Shown piece by piece: positions 48,526 to 59,206 of a stretch of 64,000 nucleotides of DNA. Under the pieces are notes generated by a model that worked only from the letters and a program-made list of their open reading frames with translations, was not told where the DNA came from and searched no databases. Positions within the stretch are counted from its first letter, which is position 1. Every line of letters starts with the position of its first letter. The DNA is from Hemiscyllium ocellatum. Lineage: Eukaryota. The translations under genes were made by a program, and so were the position numbers. Where the stretch lies: contig NC_083401.1 of NCBI RefSeq assembly GCF_020745735.1, positions 96,593,740-96,657,739 on the forward strand. Direction: 5' to 3'.

Positions 48526-49699
48526 GCATTTCTATTGAAGGCAGAGGCCTTAGAGACTTTGCAGAACATAAATAAGTAGGATTTTCCTTACCCACTTTCA
48601 GATAAGTAAACAAATACTTCTAGATAATATACAGGAGGTGTTATGTTGCAATGAGTAGTATCCTTGCCTCTGAGGCAGAGCTCCAGTTTCAAGTGCTACC
48701 ATAAGATTAGATGGCCAAAGAAGGTATGTTCATTACATGGTCAAACAGGCTGGGCATCAACTTATACCAATGACAGGAGAGTTTCCTGGTCAACCATGTG
48801 ATAGAAAAGGTATTGGAGCTGCTACCATCACTATCCACAACTCTGGCTACAGTATGCATGTAAAAGTGCACGTTGACAGAGCAACTCAGAATCTGTGGGG
48901 ACTGCTGGTGTGGGCCAGATGATCCCTCAGCTACTGGTGTAGGTTAGCTGCTCTCTCAGCTGTTGGTGTGGGTCAGTTTGTACAGAAGAAAGCGAACATA
49001 ATGGGGTGAAAATTTCAGTCAATTAAAACACTCAGGTCAAAGCTCCCCTGTACATGGATGATGGCACTGTCTTTAGCTCCACTCCGCTGTTGGCATGCAG
49101 ACTGGCTGGCATCTGTGACCAGTTTCAGTGAACCTCAGGAACCACAATTAATCAAGGCAATAATGAAACCATGCAACTGGCTAACTGATCCTTTGTACCC
49201 TTCACCACCTAGTCAGCTTACCTGAAGGTGTTGGTGATGTGGTTCCAAGGGACCAAGACTAACACTAAAAACTGGAAGAAGTGAGTGGCAATGGTAAACC
49301 CAAAACTGGGCATGTAGGAGCAATGTTCCCTCTTCATTGTGGATAAGAATCTGGTCATTGGTATGAAGCACTCTTGGTTTTATTAAACATGGTACAGATC
49401 TGGCCCTTTCCTCACTCCTGCACTGTGTCAATCACCAAGCCATTTTTCACTTTATCTGAAGGTTGATAATAGATCATGTTTGCAGGGACACATTGCACAA
49501 ACCTCTAAATAAAGGGAGCTAAATGTATTCAGCATTGCCCTCATTCTGGAGGCTACATTTGTCTGCAGTGGCTTCAAACTGTGTGTTGACCCTAGGTATG
49601 CAAACATTAAGCATCATTTTATTGACGTTCTACCCATTCTTGGTGCTGTGAAGAATGGGCCTGCTCACCTTGCTGTGGAACATTTCAAGTAGTGTCATG

Positions 49700-49842
49700 T
49701 CCCCTCTCCCTCCAGGACCTGAAGAAGGGTTACACCCGAAATGTCGACTTCTGCACCTCCTGATGTTGCCTGGCTTGCTGTGTTCTTCCAGACTCCTGAC
49801 TGTCTACTTTGGATTCCAGTATCTGCAGTTTTTTTTTGTCTA
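49700..49842 (+). mobile_element. Penelope-like tail (third subfamily) with HHR motif at ~49715-49749
   Basis: CTGAAGA A GGGT-tac-ACCC GAAA TG TC gac, followed by the gatgttgcctggcttgctgtgttcttccag...atctgcagtttttt tail. Confidence 0.75.
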
Positions 49843-50661
49843 CAACATGAGGCCATGCTAACCTGCTGTGAAGGAATGGGCAGCACTATAGGAAAAAAGT
49901 CAATGATCTTCTTCACTTCCCCAGCATGAGTGCCACCATCTTCTCTCCAAAATCGCACACTCACTGTGTCTGTACTATTGCAACTCCCTCTCACAAAGTA
50001 TCATGCTCATCACTTTCATTATTGCCTGTAACATCTTTCCTCACTCACTGTTACTCACCCCATCCTCTGACACCACTAACCCTGCAAGTCCTCTGTGCTG
50101 CCAAGGGTAAAATCCATTCCAATCCCTCTGCTACTCCTCAGTTAATGCAACTCCAACTCCCAAATGCCCACAAGAAAATAATTGCTTTCCAGAGCATATT
50201 TAATGGCATATCCAGAGCAAAGGAGAAGCAGGAAGTATCTGTTGCCAGAAACGAAAGCATCCCCATTGAAGTGGCAGAGACGGAAAAGAAATTTGGGGTA
50301 TCACCTCAACCTGTACCAAAAGTAACAGCTGTGCCACCCCTGTCATCTCCCTTAATATCTGCATCTCTCACATTCCAGGAGGTAAACAGCCATGACAGGG
50401 CAGAAGGAGTCAGGATGGCTGATGGGTTAAATGACAATTGGCTTCTCACCCCTCAACCAAATGGCCATATCTCAAAGTCTAAGGGGAGCAATCCTAAGCC
50501 AAGTCAAGGGAGATTGTCATTAGTCATAGGGTCCTGCCATAGTCAGTCAAAGGCATTGTCTGATCTCAGTCATGGGGCATGGTTACAATCAATTGGGATG
50601 ATCTGGATCGGGATCAGGATTCCGTGGGGAATGGGTCATGGTTAGTCCTGAAGATCCAGGT

Positions 50662-50948
50662 GGGCGGCACGGTGGCACAGTGGTTAGCACTGCTGCCTCA
50701 CAGCGCCAGAGGCCCGGGTTCTATTCCCGCCTCAGGCGACTGTGTGGAGTTTGCACGTTCTCCCTGTGTCTGTGTGGGTTTCCTCCCACTGTCCAAAGAT
50801 GTGCAGGTCAGGTGAATTGGCTATGCTAAATTGCCCATAGTGTTAGGTAAGGGGTAAATGTAGGGGTATGGATGGGTTGCGCTTCGGCGGGTCGGTGTGG
50901 CCTTGTTGGGCCGAAGGGCCTGTTTCCACACTGTAAGTAATCTAATCT
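50662..50948 (+). mobile_element. HE1/V-SINE
   Basis: Matches the 36828 copy with a small V-domain deletion. Confidence 0.92.
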
Positions 50949-51281
50949 AGAACTAGTCAGGGGATTAGTTAATCTATTGGGAACTGTAGATAACATCTAT
51001 TATTGGTCTGGTCATCAGTCAGAACCAATTTCCAAGATAGTTATAGATATAGGCTGGAGCGAGTGCTGGGGGTCTGTTCATGAAAGTCAAGGCAGACTAC
51101 CAGGAGACACTGCTCTGGTGGGGAAATTAGGGAAGTTAGTTGTGGGGATTGGAGGCACTATGTTGGATGCTGAGAGCACAAGAGTTGTGAAGGGGGTGTG
51201 GGACAAAACAAATGAAAGTGTGGGAGATGATAGAGCACTGGAGGATGTGGGTTACAGTAAGTAAGGGTAGCGTTGACAATC

Positions 51282-51487
51282 TGAAAATGTGTTGCTGGTT
51301 AAAGCGCAGCAGGTCAGGCAGCATCCAAGAAACAGGAAATTCGACGTTTCGGGCATAAGCCCTTCATCAGGAATCATGCCCGAAACGTCGAATTTCCTGT
51401 TCCTTGGATGCTGCCTGGCCTGCTGCGCTTTAACCAGCAACACATTTTCAGCTCTGATCTCCAGCGTCTGCAGACCTCACTTTTTAC
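51282..51487. mobile_element. Short Penelope-derived fold-back element with 14-bp TSD
   Basis: ~75-bp near-perfect inverted arms (51281-51356 / 51376-51451). TSD tagcgttgacaatc (51268-51281) / tagcgttgacagtc (51488-51501). Confidence 0.92.
51339..51374 (-). ncRNA. Intact minimal type-I hammerhead ribozyme motif; predicted cleavage between 51343 and 51342
   Basis: Minus strand: attc CTGATGA A GGGC-ttat-GCCC GAAA CG TC gaat. All core nucleotides and stems I and II intact. Confidence 0.82.
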
Positions 51488-51894
51488 TAGCGTTGACAGT
51501 CACCATCACCCTGGCTTCACTTGGGGTACACTGCATAATGATGGTTGGCATTGTTAACTTGTAAGTCTGGAGATCAGGATGTAATGTTGGGGAAAGTTCA
51601 GAACTCAAATGGGAAGGGGGTGCAAAGAAGAAAAGAACATAAATGTTTGAAGGGGCCAGGGTTGCGGCTGTGACTGACATCACCAGGCTTGACTTGCATT
51701 ACCTTCCATCTCCATGTGACCTATTAGTGCACAAAGCAAATAAAAAATGGCTGCCACCATACCTGAAGTGAGCAGAGTAAGTGCATATGGCTGGACATGT
51801 GAAGTCTATTTGTGAGTAATGTATGGCCATTCAAAAGGCAATTGTACTAATCAAGCACATATATGGTACAGGTTACAGACATCTTAATCACAGA

Positions 51895-52009
51895 CACTGA
51901 AAATATGTTGCTGGAAAAGCGCAGCAGATCAGGCAGCATCCAAGGAGCAGGAGAATCGACGTTCCGGACATGAGCCCTTTTTCCTGCAGTCCTCACTTTC
52001 TCCTCGAAG
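51895..52009. mobile_element. Short inverted Penelope-derived insertion with 14-bp TSD
   Basis: Minus arm to ~51982, then plus-strand terminal tail ctgcagtcctcactttctcctcgaag. TSD atcttaatcacaga at 51881-51894 and 52010-52023. Confidence 0.88.
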
Positions 52010-52806
52010 ATCTTAATCACAGAGTTCTGCAAGTGAAACAGATGCAAGAGCCAACAACATGGGATACAAATCCTGGCCAAATAATTTTGACCATGTAATT
52101 TGTCATTACAAATTGATTATAGTTATCTTTGTGAAGCAGAAATAATCACAGGTCTTACTAATAAGTCACAATTCAAAAGGACAATCCAAGATTTGCACAA
52201 GGGCACTGAACTGATTTCCCCTCACCATGAAACGTATTTGCCAACATACTCTTATATGTAATCCTGCCTTTTTAATTAATTTGAGGTATGTGGGTTAGTG
52301 CAGGCAGCAAGATTTCAATAATCTTACTGTAATTATGTTCTACTGTATTTGTGAGGCACGCCTCATGCCACATTCAATAAGATTCAATAAGGTCCATGTG
52401 CAATCCATAGCCCTCCTTGTTGGAGTCCTCCATGTCCCACTGTATCAATGGCCATGCTAAGCTGTCATTTATGGTGCAAATGCTGACTGCTTACATGAGT
52501 GAGGACCTGTTCCGATATTCCCCATGGGTTCATTGAAACCATGACGAATGGATCCAGCCACAGCAGAGGGTTATTGTCACTGTGACCACATCACAAGGAA
52601 ATGCAGAAAAAGCAAGATGGAATAAATGCACCAGCAAACCCAGCATCAGCAGCCAAATAGCCTTCGAATGAATAAGTTGTAGCTGCAGGTCCCCTCAGGA
52701 TGAGCTGGAGGTACAAGAGGCCCATTGTCTATCATCACCAATGCAGTTTCCTAAAGGTTATTGGGGCGCACTGCCATGGTTGATTGTAGAGGTTCCTTTG
52801 TAGAAC

Positions 52807-52987
52807 TAGGAGAAAGTGAGGACTGGAGATGCTGGATATCAAAGTTGAGAGTGTGGTGCTGGAAAAGCACAGCAGGTCAGGCAGCATCCGAGGAGCAGGA
52901 GAATCGATGTTTTGGGCAAATGCCTGAAACATCAATTCTCCTGCTCCTCAGATGCTGCTTGACCTGCTGCGCTTTTCCAGCACCACA
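52807..52987. mobile_element. Short Penelope-derived fold-back element
   Basis: Arms 52852-52918 and 52921-52987, pivot at gggca-aa-tgcct. Confidence 0.88.
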
Positions 52988-53189
52988 ATCTTGCCACCAT
53001 TACAGAATTGTGTCATCTGCTGGTCTTAAACTTGAGAGCTGAAGAAGTTGGATGGCCATCTCAACTCAGTGGCCCTTAAGGTGAGAGCTGTTCTAAATTT
53101 TTGTTTTCAAGGATTCACTAGGCACTCATGCAAGATCTCTCAAGCCACACAATCTATAAATTTATCTAGTCGGTTAGAACCATTCAAGC

Positions 53190-54945
53190 ATAAGATATGG
53201 AAGCAGAATTAGACCATTTGGCCCACTGAGTCTGCTCCACAATTCGAGAATGGCCAACATGTTTCTCAAATCCATTCTCCTGCCTTCTCCCTGAAACCCT
53301 TAAACCCCTTACTAATGAAAAACCTATCTATCTCTGTCTTAAATACACTCAATGACTTGGCTACCACTGTCTTCTGTGGTAATGAGTTCCACAGATTCAT
53401 TCTCTGGCTAAAGAAACTTTTACTCATCTCAGTTTTAAAGGACACCCTGAGGCTGTGCCCTCAAGTCCTAGTCTCATACTAGTGGAAACATGTTCTCCAC
53501 ATCCACGCTATCCAGGCATTTTAATATGATGGAAGTTTCAGACAGAAGCCCCTCATCCTCCTAAACTCCATCAAGTACAACCCAGAGTTCACAACCACTT
53601 CTCATATGACCAGCCCTTCATCCCCGGAATCATTTTTGAAAATCTTCTCTAGTACCCCTCCGAGGCCCTCACATCCTTCCTTAGATAGTGGGCCCAAAAC
53701 TGTTCATAATATTCCAAATGTGGTCTGAACAGGGCTTACTCAGCTTCAGGAGAAAGTGAGGACTGCAGACTCTGGAGATCAGAGGTGAAAAGTGTGGTGA
53801 TGGAAAGGTACAACAGGTCAGGCAGCAGCCGAGAAGCAGGAAAATCAACATTCTGGGTATTACTGATGAAGGACATATGCCTGAAGCATTGAATCTTCTG
53901 CTCCTTGGGTGCTGCCTGACCTTCTGTGCTTCTCCAGCACGACACTTTTCAACTTGCGCAGCCTCAGCAGTACATCAACTGCTGTTGTATTCTAGACCTT
54001 CCAAAATGAATGCCAACATAAAATTTGCCTTCCTAACTGCCAACTAAACTTGCATGTTAATCTTAAGAGAATCCTGAGCTAGGACTCCTGAGTTTCTTTG
54101 TGCTTCAGATTTCCGAAGCCTTTCCCCATTTCGAAAATAGTCTGTGCCTTTATTCTTCTTATCAAAGGGCATAACCTCACATTTTCCCACATTGTATTCC
54201 ATCTGCCACTTTCCTAGCCTGTCCAAGTCCTTCTGCAGTCTCCCTGCTACCTCAACACTATCTCTCTGCCAACTTTGTGTCATTTGCAAACTTAGCAAAA
54301 ACACCCTTAGTTCCTTTGTCCGGATCATTAATATATAATGTGAATAGTTGTGGTCCCAACACAGACCCCTGCTGAACTTCACTACTCACCTGCTGCCATC
54401 TTGAAAAAGACTCCTTTATCCCCGTTCTCTGCTTTCTGCCAGTCAGCCAATCCTCTATCCAGGCCAATATCTTGTCCCTAACCCCATGAGCACTTATCTT
54501 ATTTAGCAACTTCCTCTCAGCACCTTGTAAATCCAAAGAGATCATGGCCAAAGGCTCTCCTTTGTTTAACTTGCTTGTTACTAGCTGAGAGAATTCTAAC
54601 AGGTTTGTCAGGCATGACCTCTTTGATGAAGCCATGCTGACTCAGCCCTATTTTACCAAGTACTGTACTTCTAAGCACTCTGCAATCTCATCCTTAATGA
54701 TGCACTCTAAATTCTTACCAACGACCAAGGCTAAGCTAACCGACCCTGTCTTCTGCCTCTCTCCCTTCTTACATGAGCCATTTTCCAGTCCTTTCCTGGC
54801 CCCAATGGTCCCTGAAAGATCACCACCAATATTTCTACAGTCTCCTCAGCTACCTCCTTCAGAACTCTGAGATATAGTCTATCCGGTCCAGGTGATTTAA
54901 TCACCTTCAGACCTTTCAGCTTCCTCAGCACCTTCTCCTTATCAA
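53190..54945 (-). mobile_element. CR1 LINE ORF2 portion
   Basis: ORFs 54044..54931 (KSPGPD, RSCLTNLLEF, QGSVLGPQLF, KFANDTKL, WQMEYNVGKC). Confidence 0.92.
53748..53954. mobile_element. Older Penelope-derived fold-back inserted in the CR1
   Basis: Minus arm with full tail 53748-53859; plus arm 53860-53954 begins ttaCTGATGAagg. Confidence 0.8.
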
Positions 54946-55487
54946 TGCAATTTGTGACAAATCATTTCATCTTGTTTCCTTGTGATGACAGGAGGAACAG
55001 CATTTTCATCATTATAGAGCAGTGCAGAGTCAGGCACAACAAACCAGACAGACAGGACTTAATTCACACTCATTTCCAGTTGATGTAAGTTGGGTGAAGT
55101 TATCGTACACCAACTGTAAATTTGTTCTTGCTTCCAGCTCCTGTTTGTTCCCAGAAGGAAATATGTTTCTTGTTTTTGTTTTTCTTCACTTTTCCTCGTG
55201 TTTATGAAAGAGCAGCCCTCTTTTAAGCAGTGATCTGACATTGTTTGCTGCTAAGTTTGGTTAGTCTGTATAACTCGATTCTTCCAGCTGCAGTTACAAT
55301 GGAGTCAATCAGAAGGATAATGATGTAAAGGTGGAATATATTCACGAATATGAGCTCTGTTTCCAATGAAGAGTCACCCTTATCATCAATGTTCCCTCAG
55401 AAGCTGTTCTTTTTGAATTTCTCTCCTGCTACATGCACTGCTGGCTGAAATTGACCTGATGCACAGCTGGGTTTCAAATATTGTTTG

Positions 55488-55610
55488 AAGGGGCACTGGA
55501 CTTAAAATGTTAACTCTACCTTCTCTCCACAGATGCTGTCAAACCTGATGAGTTTCTCCAGCAACTTCTGTTTTTGTTTCAGATCTTGATCATCTGCAGT
55601 TCTTTATTTA
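55488..55610 (+). mobile_element. Penelope-like tail with decayed HHR
   Basis: gaaggggcactggacttaaaatgttaactct...cacagatgctgtcaaacctg. Confidence 0.7.
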
Positions 55611-56039
55611 ATTCAAATATGGTGTCGGGGGGAAATTCCTGAAAAGTCCTGGTAGTGGTGTGGATATCCGTCACTGGTGAGCACACAGTGGGATGAGCCT
55701 GATGCCGTAGATGTGTGTTGCATATATGTAAAGACAAGCAGTGGAGAACTGCATTTGATGAAGCTCACAGAGGGACACTCACCATGAATTTACCTGAAAT
55801 TGATACTGAATTTTTAAAATACATTTCAACTCTAGGATTTTGTGAACCTGCATCTTATCACTTTAAAATATCAGGACAATTTGAGGGAAAATAATGAGGT
55901 GGTGGTATTATTGCTAGAGGAGTCCCATATGTTCTGGAATTAATTTCAGTACAACAGCCACAATCATGTTTATCCAATTCAGTCAGTAACTCTCTCATGG
56001 TTTATGCACTTATCCTATTGAACACTGCACCCACCAGCA

Positions 56040-56340
56040 GTGTAACCCAGAGACATATGGAATAGTCTGGGGACCTGGGTTTGAATGGCAACTGGTAGAA
56101 ATGAAATTCAATAAAAATCTGGAATAAAGAGTCTAATTCTGCCCATGAAAACAATGTCAATTGTCAAGAAAAATCCAACTGGCTCATTAATGTACTTTAG
56201 GGAAGGAATTTGCTGTCCTTACCTGGTCTGGCCTACATGTGACTCCAGATCCACAGCAATGTTGTTGATTTGACTGCCCAGGATAATTACGGATAGGCAA
56301 TAAATGTGATTCCCACTTTCCGTGAATGAATGAAAAAAAA
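56040..56340 (+). mobile_element. tRNA-derived SINE with L2-type tail
   Basis: ggggacctgggtttgaat...ccttacctggtctggcctacatgtgactccaga; gaatgaatgaaaaaaa end. Confidence 0.75.
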
Positions 56341-57607
56341 GATGCTTAATAAAATCATTGAGAAAGGTTCACAGTGCATCTGAGAGTCTTGAGAGGAACA
56401 CTAAGTGATCGTCCAAGAGGTAGCCACTACAAAACAGTCAGTCAACTGTGATTTTCCATTTACAAGGAGTATTACCACCCTAACTGCAGGTCCAGTCATG
56501 GACCATACCTGGAACTGTATTGGAATCCACAGATTTGGGTGATCATTGCCCAAAACGATCAGATTAGATTAGATTACTTACAGTGTGTTAACAGGCCCTT
56601 CGGCCCAACAAGTAATCTAATACATTGATTTACCAACTCCACTCATCCAGCAGTGACACAATATGGATAGGCCTAACAGAAGGAACAACTGTTGCTTTTA
56701 CAGGCTCTGTTTAAATGGAGATCTCTGTCTTGAGGGAAGACATTCCCCTAATTCTCTACACTTGTGTTCAAAATCTTTTAAAACAAATGTAATACTTTTT
56801 GTCACTAATTGAATTAAAATGAAGATTTCAATATTTTTATTACATGTGCAGTAATCATGATTTGACCAAGGAAAAGAGGGCAAAAATAGAGAATGCTATT
56901 TTCCGCATGCTGAGCTCCATCTGCTTTGTCATGGCACTGAACACACAGCCTTGTGATATTTAACACGCATGGTAAATATTTTCAATAGGGAATCGTTATG
57001 GTGAAAAACCTTGCTCAACTTCTTTGTCCCCAAAATAATGATCTTGAAATCACTTTGGTTGAGATCAGAAAACTCAGCACGAGACTATAAACAATTTATC
57101 ATGGAACATTCCACAAAGCCCTGATCAAAAAAAACCTCAACAAAATAAAACTCATAAATATTAGAAATACGCAAAATAGCACTGGGCAGTTGCATCCCAA
57201 TGATTCTGCTTGTCAAACTTTACCATCATTTTCTTTTGGTATAGGTACTGAATTGTTTAAGTTTGTTTTTACATGTTGAAAATTACTTGAAAATTCAAGT
57301 CATATGAATGAAAATCAGCCAAAAATACCGCAATGCTGGGAATTAATATACACTAACAATTGCACTTTAAACATCATAAAACAAGCTTTTTCACCTGCAT
57401 TTTTTTGTGCCAACAACTTTCAAAGTATGTATATAATCCTAAAGGAAATTTTGGAAGCTCATACATTAAATCTGACATTATTGCTCACCCTTGTGAATAT
57501 ACTGATGGGGCAACTAGAAGAAATGTCTTTCACTTTTCACTGTATTTTGTAATTTGTGACAATAAATCAAATCAAATCAAATTTTGAGATAATTTTCCTT
57601 TACACTC

Positions 57608-58105
57608 GAGTCACAGATGTAAAGCACAGAAACTGACTGTTCAGTCCTACTTATCCATGCTGACCAGATATCCTAAATTAACCTAGTCTTATTTGCCAGC
57701 ATTTGGCCCAAATCCTTCTAAATCCTTCCTATTCATGTACCCATCCAGATGCCTTTATAATGTTGCAATTGTACCAGCCTCCACCATCTCCTCTAGCAGC
57801 TTACTCCATGCATGCACCACCATTTGCCCCCTCGGGATCTTGTAAATTTTTCCCCTCTCAGGTTAAACTTATGCCCTCTAGTTTTGTACTCCCTTATTCT
57901 GGGGAAAAGATCTTGTCTATTCACCCTATCCATGCCCCTCATGATTTTATAAACCTCTATAAAGTCACCCGTCAGCCTCTGAAGCTCCAGGGAAAATAGC
58001 CCCAGCCTATTTAGCCTCTCCATATAGCTCAAACCTATAGGGTTCATCTTCTATGAACTCTTTCAAGTTTCACAACATCTTTTCTATAGCAGGGAGACCA
58101 GAATT
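57608..58105 (-). mobile_element. CR1 3' portion
   Basis: ORF 57793..58047 (ERLNRLGLFSLE, IEVYKIMRG, TRGHKF). Confidence 0.88.
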
Positions 58106-59206
58106 TTTTAGAACGTAGAATTGAATGCATGTTTAATAAAAATAATCAAAACAACATCAGGAGCTAGATCACAATATATACAATAGCTGAAGGAAAATTC
58201 AAAACAGAAGCATGTACATGGTGTTTTCATATTTTGGGGGAACATGTACATTTGACAGTACCAAAGTTTGATCAAATGAGCTCATAAGCCTCCCTGGAAG
58301 AATTCATCAGGAGACGCATCATTTGAGAGTAATCTCATGCATAATTTATCTTCATAAAACTGCCAAAATGCAACTTAATCCTGAATATTAAAACTGGAAC
58401 ACAATTTAGAAGAAACATCTTTGATCAAAGGATGGCAACTGAAGGCATCAAAAGATTTAAAGGGAGGAGAGAGAAAGTTTTCCTCAGATCTTTACTTCAA
58501 AGCTTTTACTTCCACTCCAGTGTAACAGCAGGTGCACTGGCCTGTATTAAACCACATCCTAACATGATTGCTATTTATGATTATATCCTTCAATTATGTT
58601 TCTGTCTATTGAAGATTTAAACCCTTTTGTGCAATGCAGGCCAACAGTTCTGAAACAAAGTACACTTTTCCTAATTTGTCCAATATGATGGAAATTAATG
58701 CCATTTCTGTCTCTACACAATTGTTAATTTGTTGTAAAAAATAAAAATACAGGGTAATGTGATAACTAGTTGGACCTAACTATACACCTAACTATAATCA
58801 TTTAAGGTGATCTAGGTCATAATCACAAATCACTTCAAAAGACATAGACAACCTTACTTAAAAATTAGAAATTCTCAAAATATAGAAATAGCTTTTTAAC
58901 TTGCATTATCCCATTGTTCTTTGTATGATTTAAATTCATTTCTCCATTTTTCTAATTTTGTTGATTCAACCTTAGCAAAAACAGCCCAGATTCAGTTGTA
59001 AACTTTTAACACTTCTATTTTCAGTAGTAGGAATGCACATATTCTATGCCAGTACTTTTCAAAGCATATATAACTCTGAAGCATCTTTTGAAAAGACATG
59101 TGTTGAATCATTTAAAGTTTCACAATGCCTCTTTTTAAATAAATGTTTAGGGTTGAATATATGGTTTAACTATTCTATTCTAAATATACATGGTTGTGAT
59201 GGTTTT

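Larger units (their letters stand above)
49630..52760. mobile_element. Larger Harbinger-like relic: Myb/SANT exon (+, ~49630-49930) and nuclease-like fragment (-, ~52390-52760), with nested SINE and Penelope insertions
   Basis: QHYRKKVNDLLH motif. Shares agtgccaccatcttctct exactly with 31548. Minus-strand GSIRHGFNEPMGISEQVLTHV and AMDCT resemble HARBI1 motifs GSFQ..GD..GISQ and GAIDCTH. Confidence 0.45.

Noticed and set aside
49926-50645. 239-aa ORF as a host gene
   Set aside because: No recognisable domain; begins in the intron-like tract of a Harbinger-like relic and is most likely a chance open frame.
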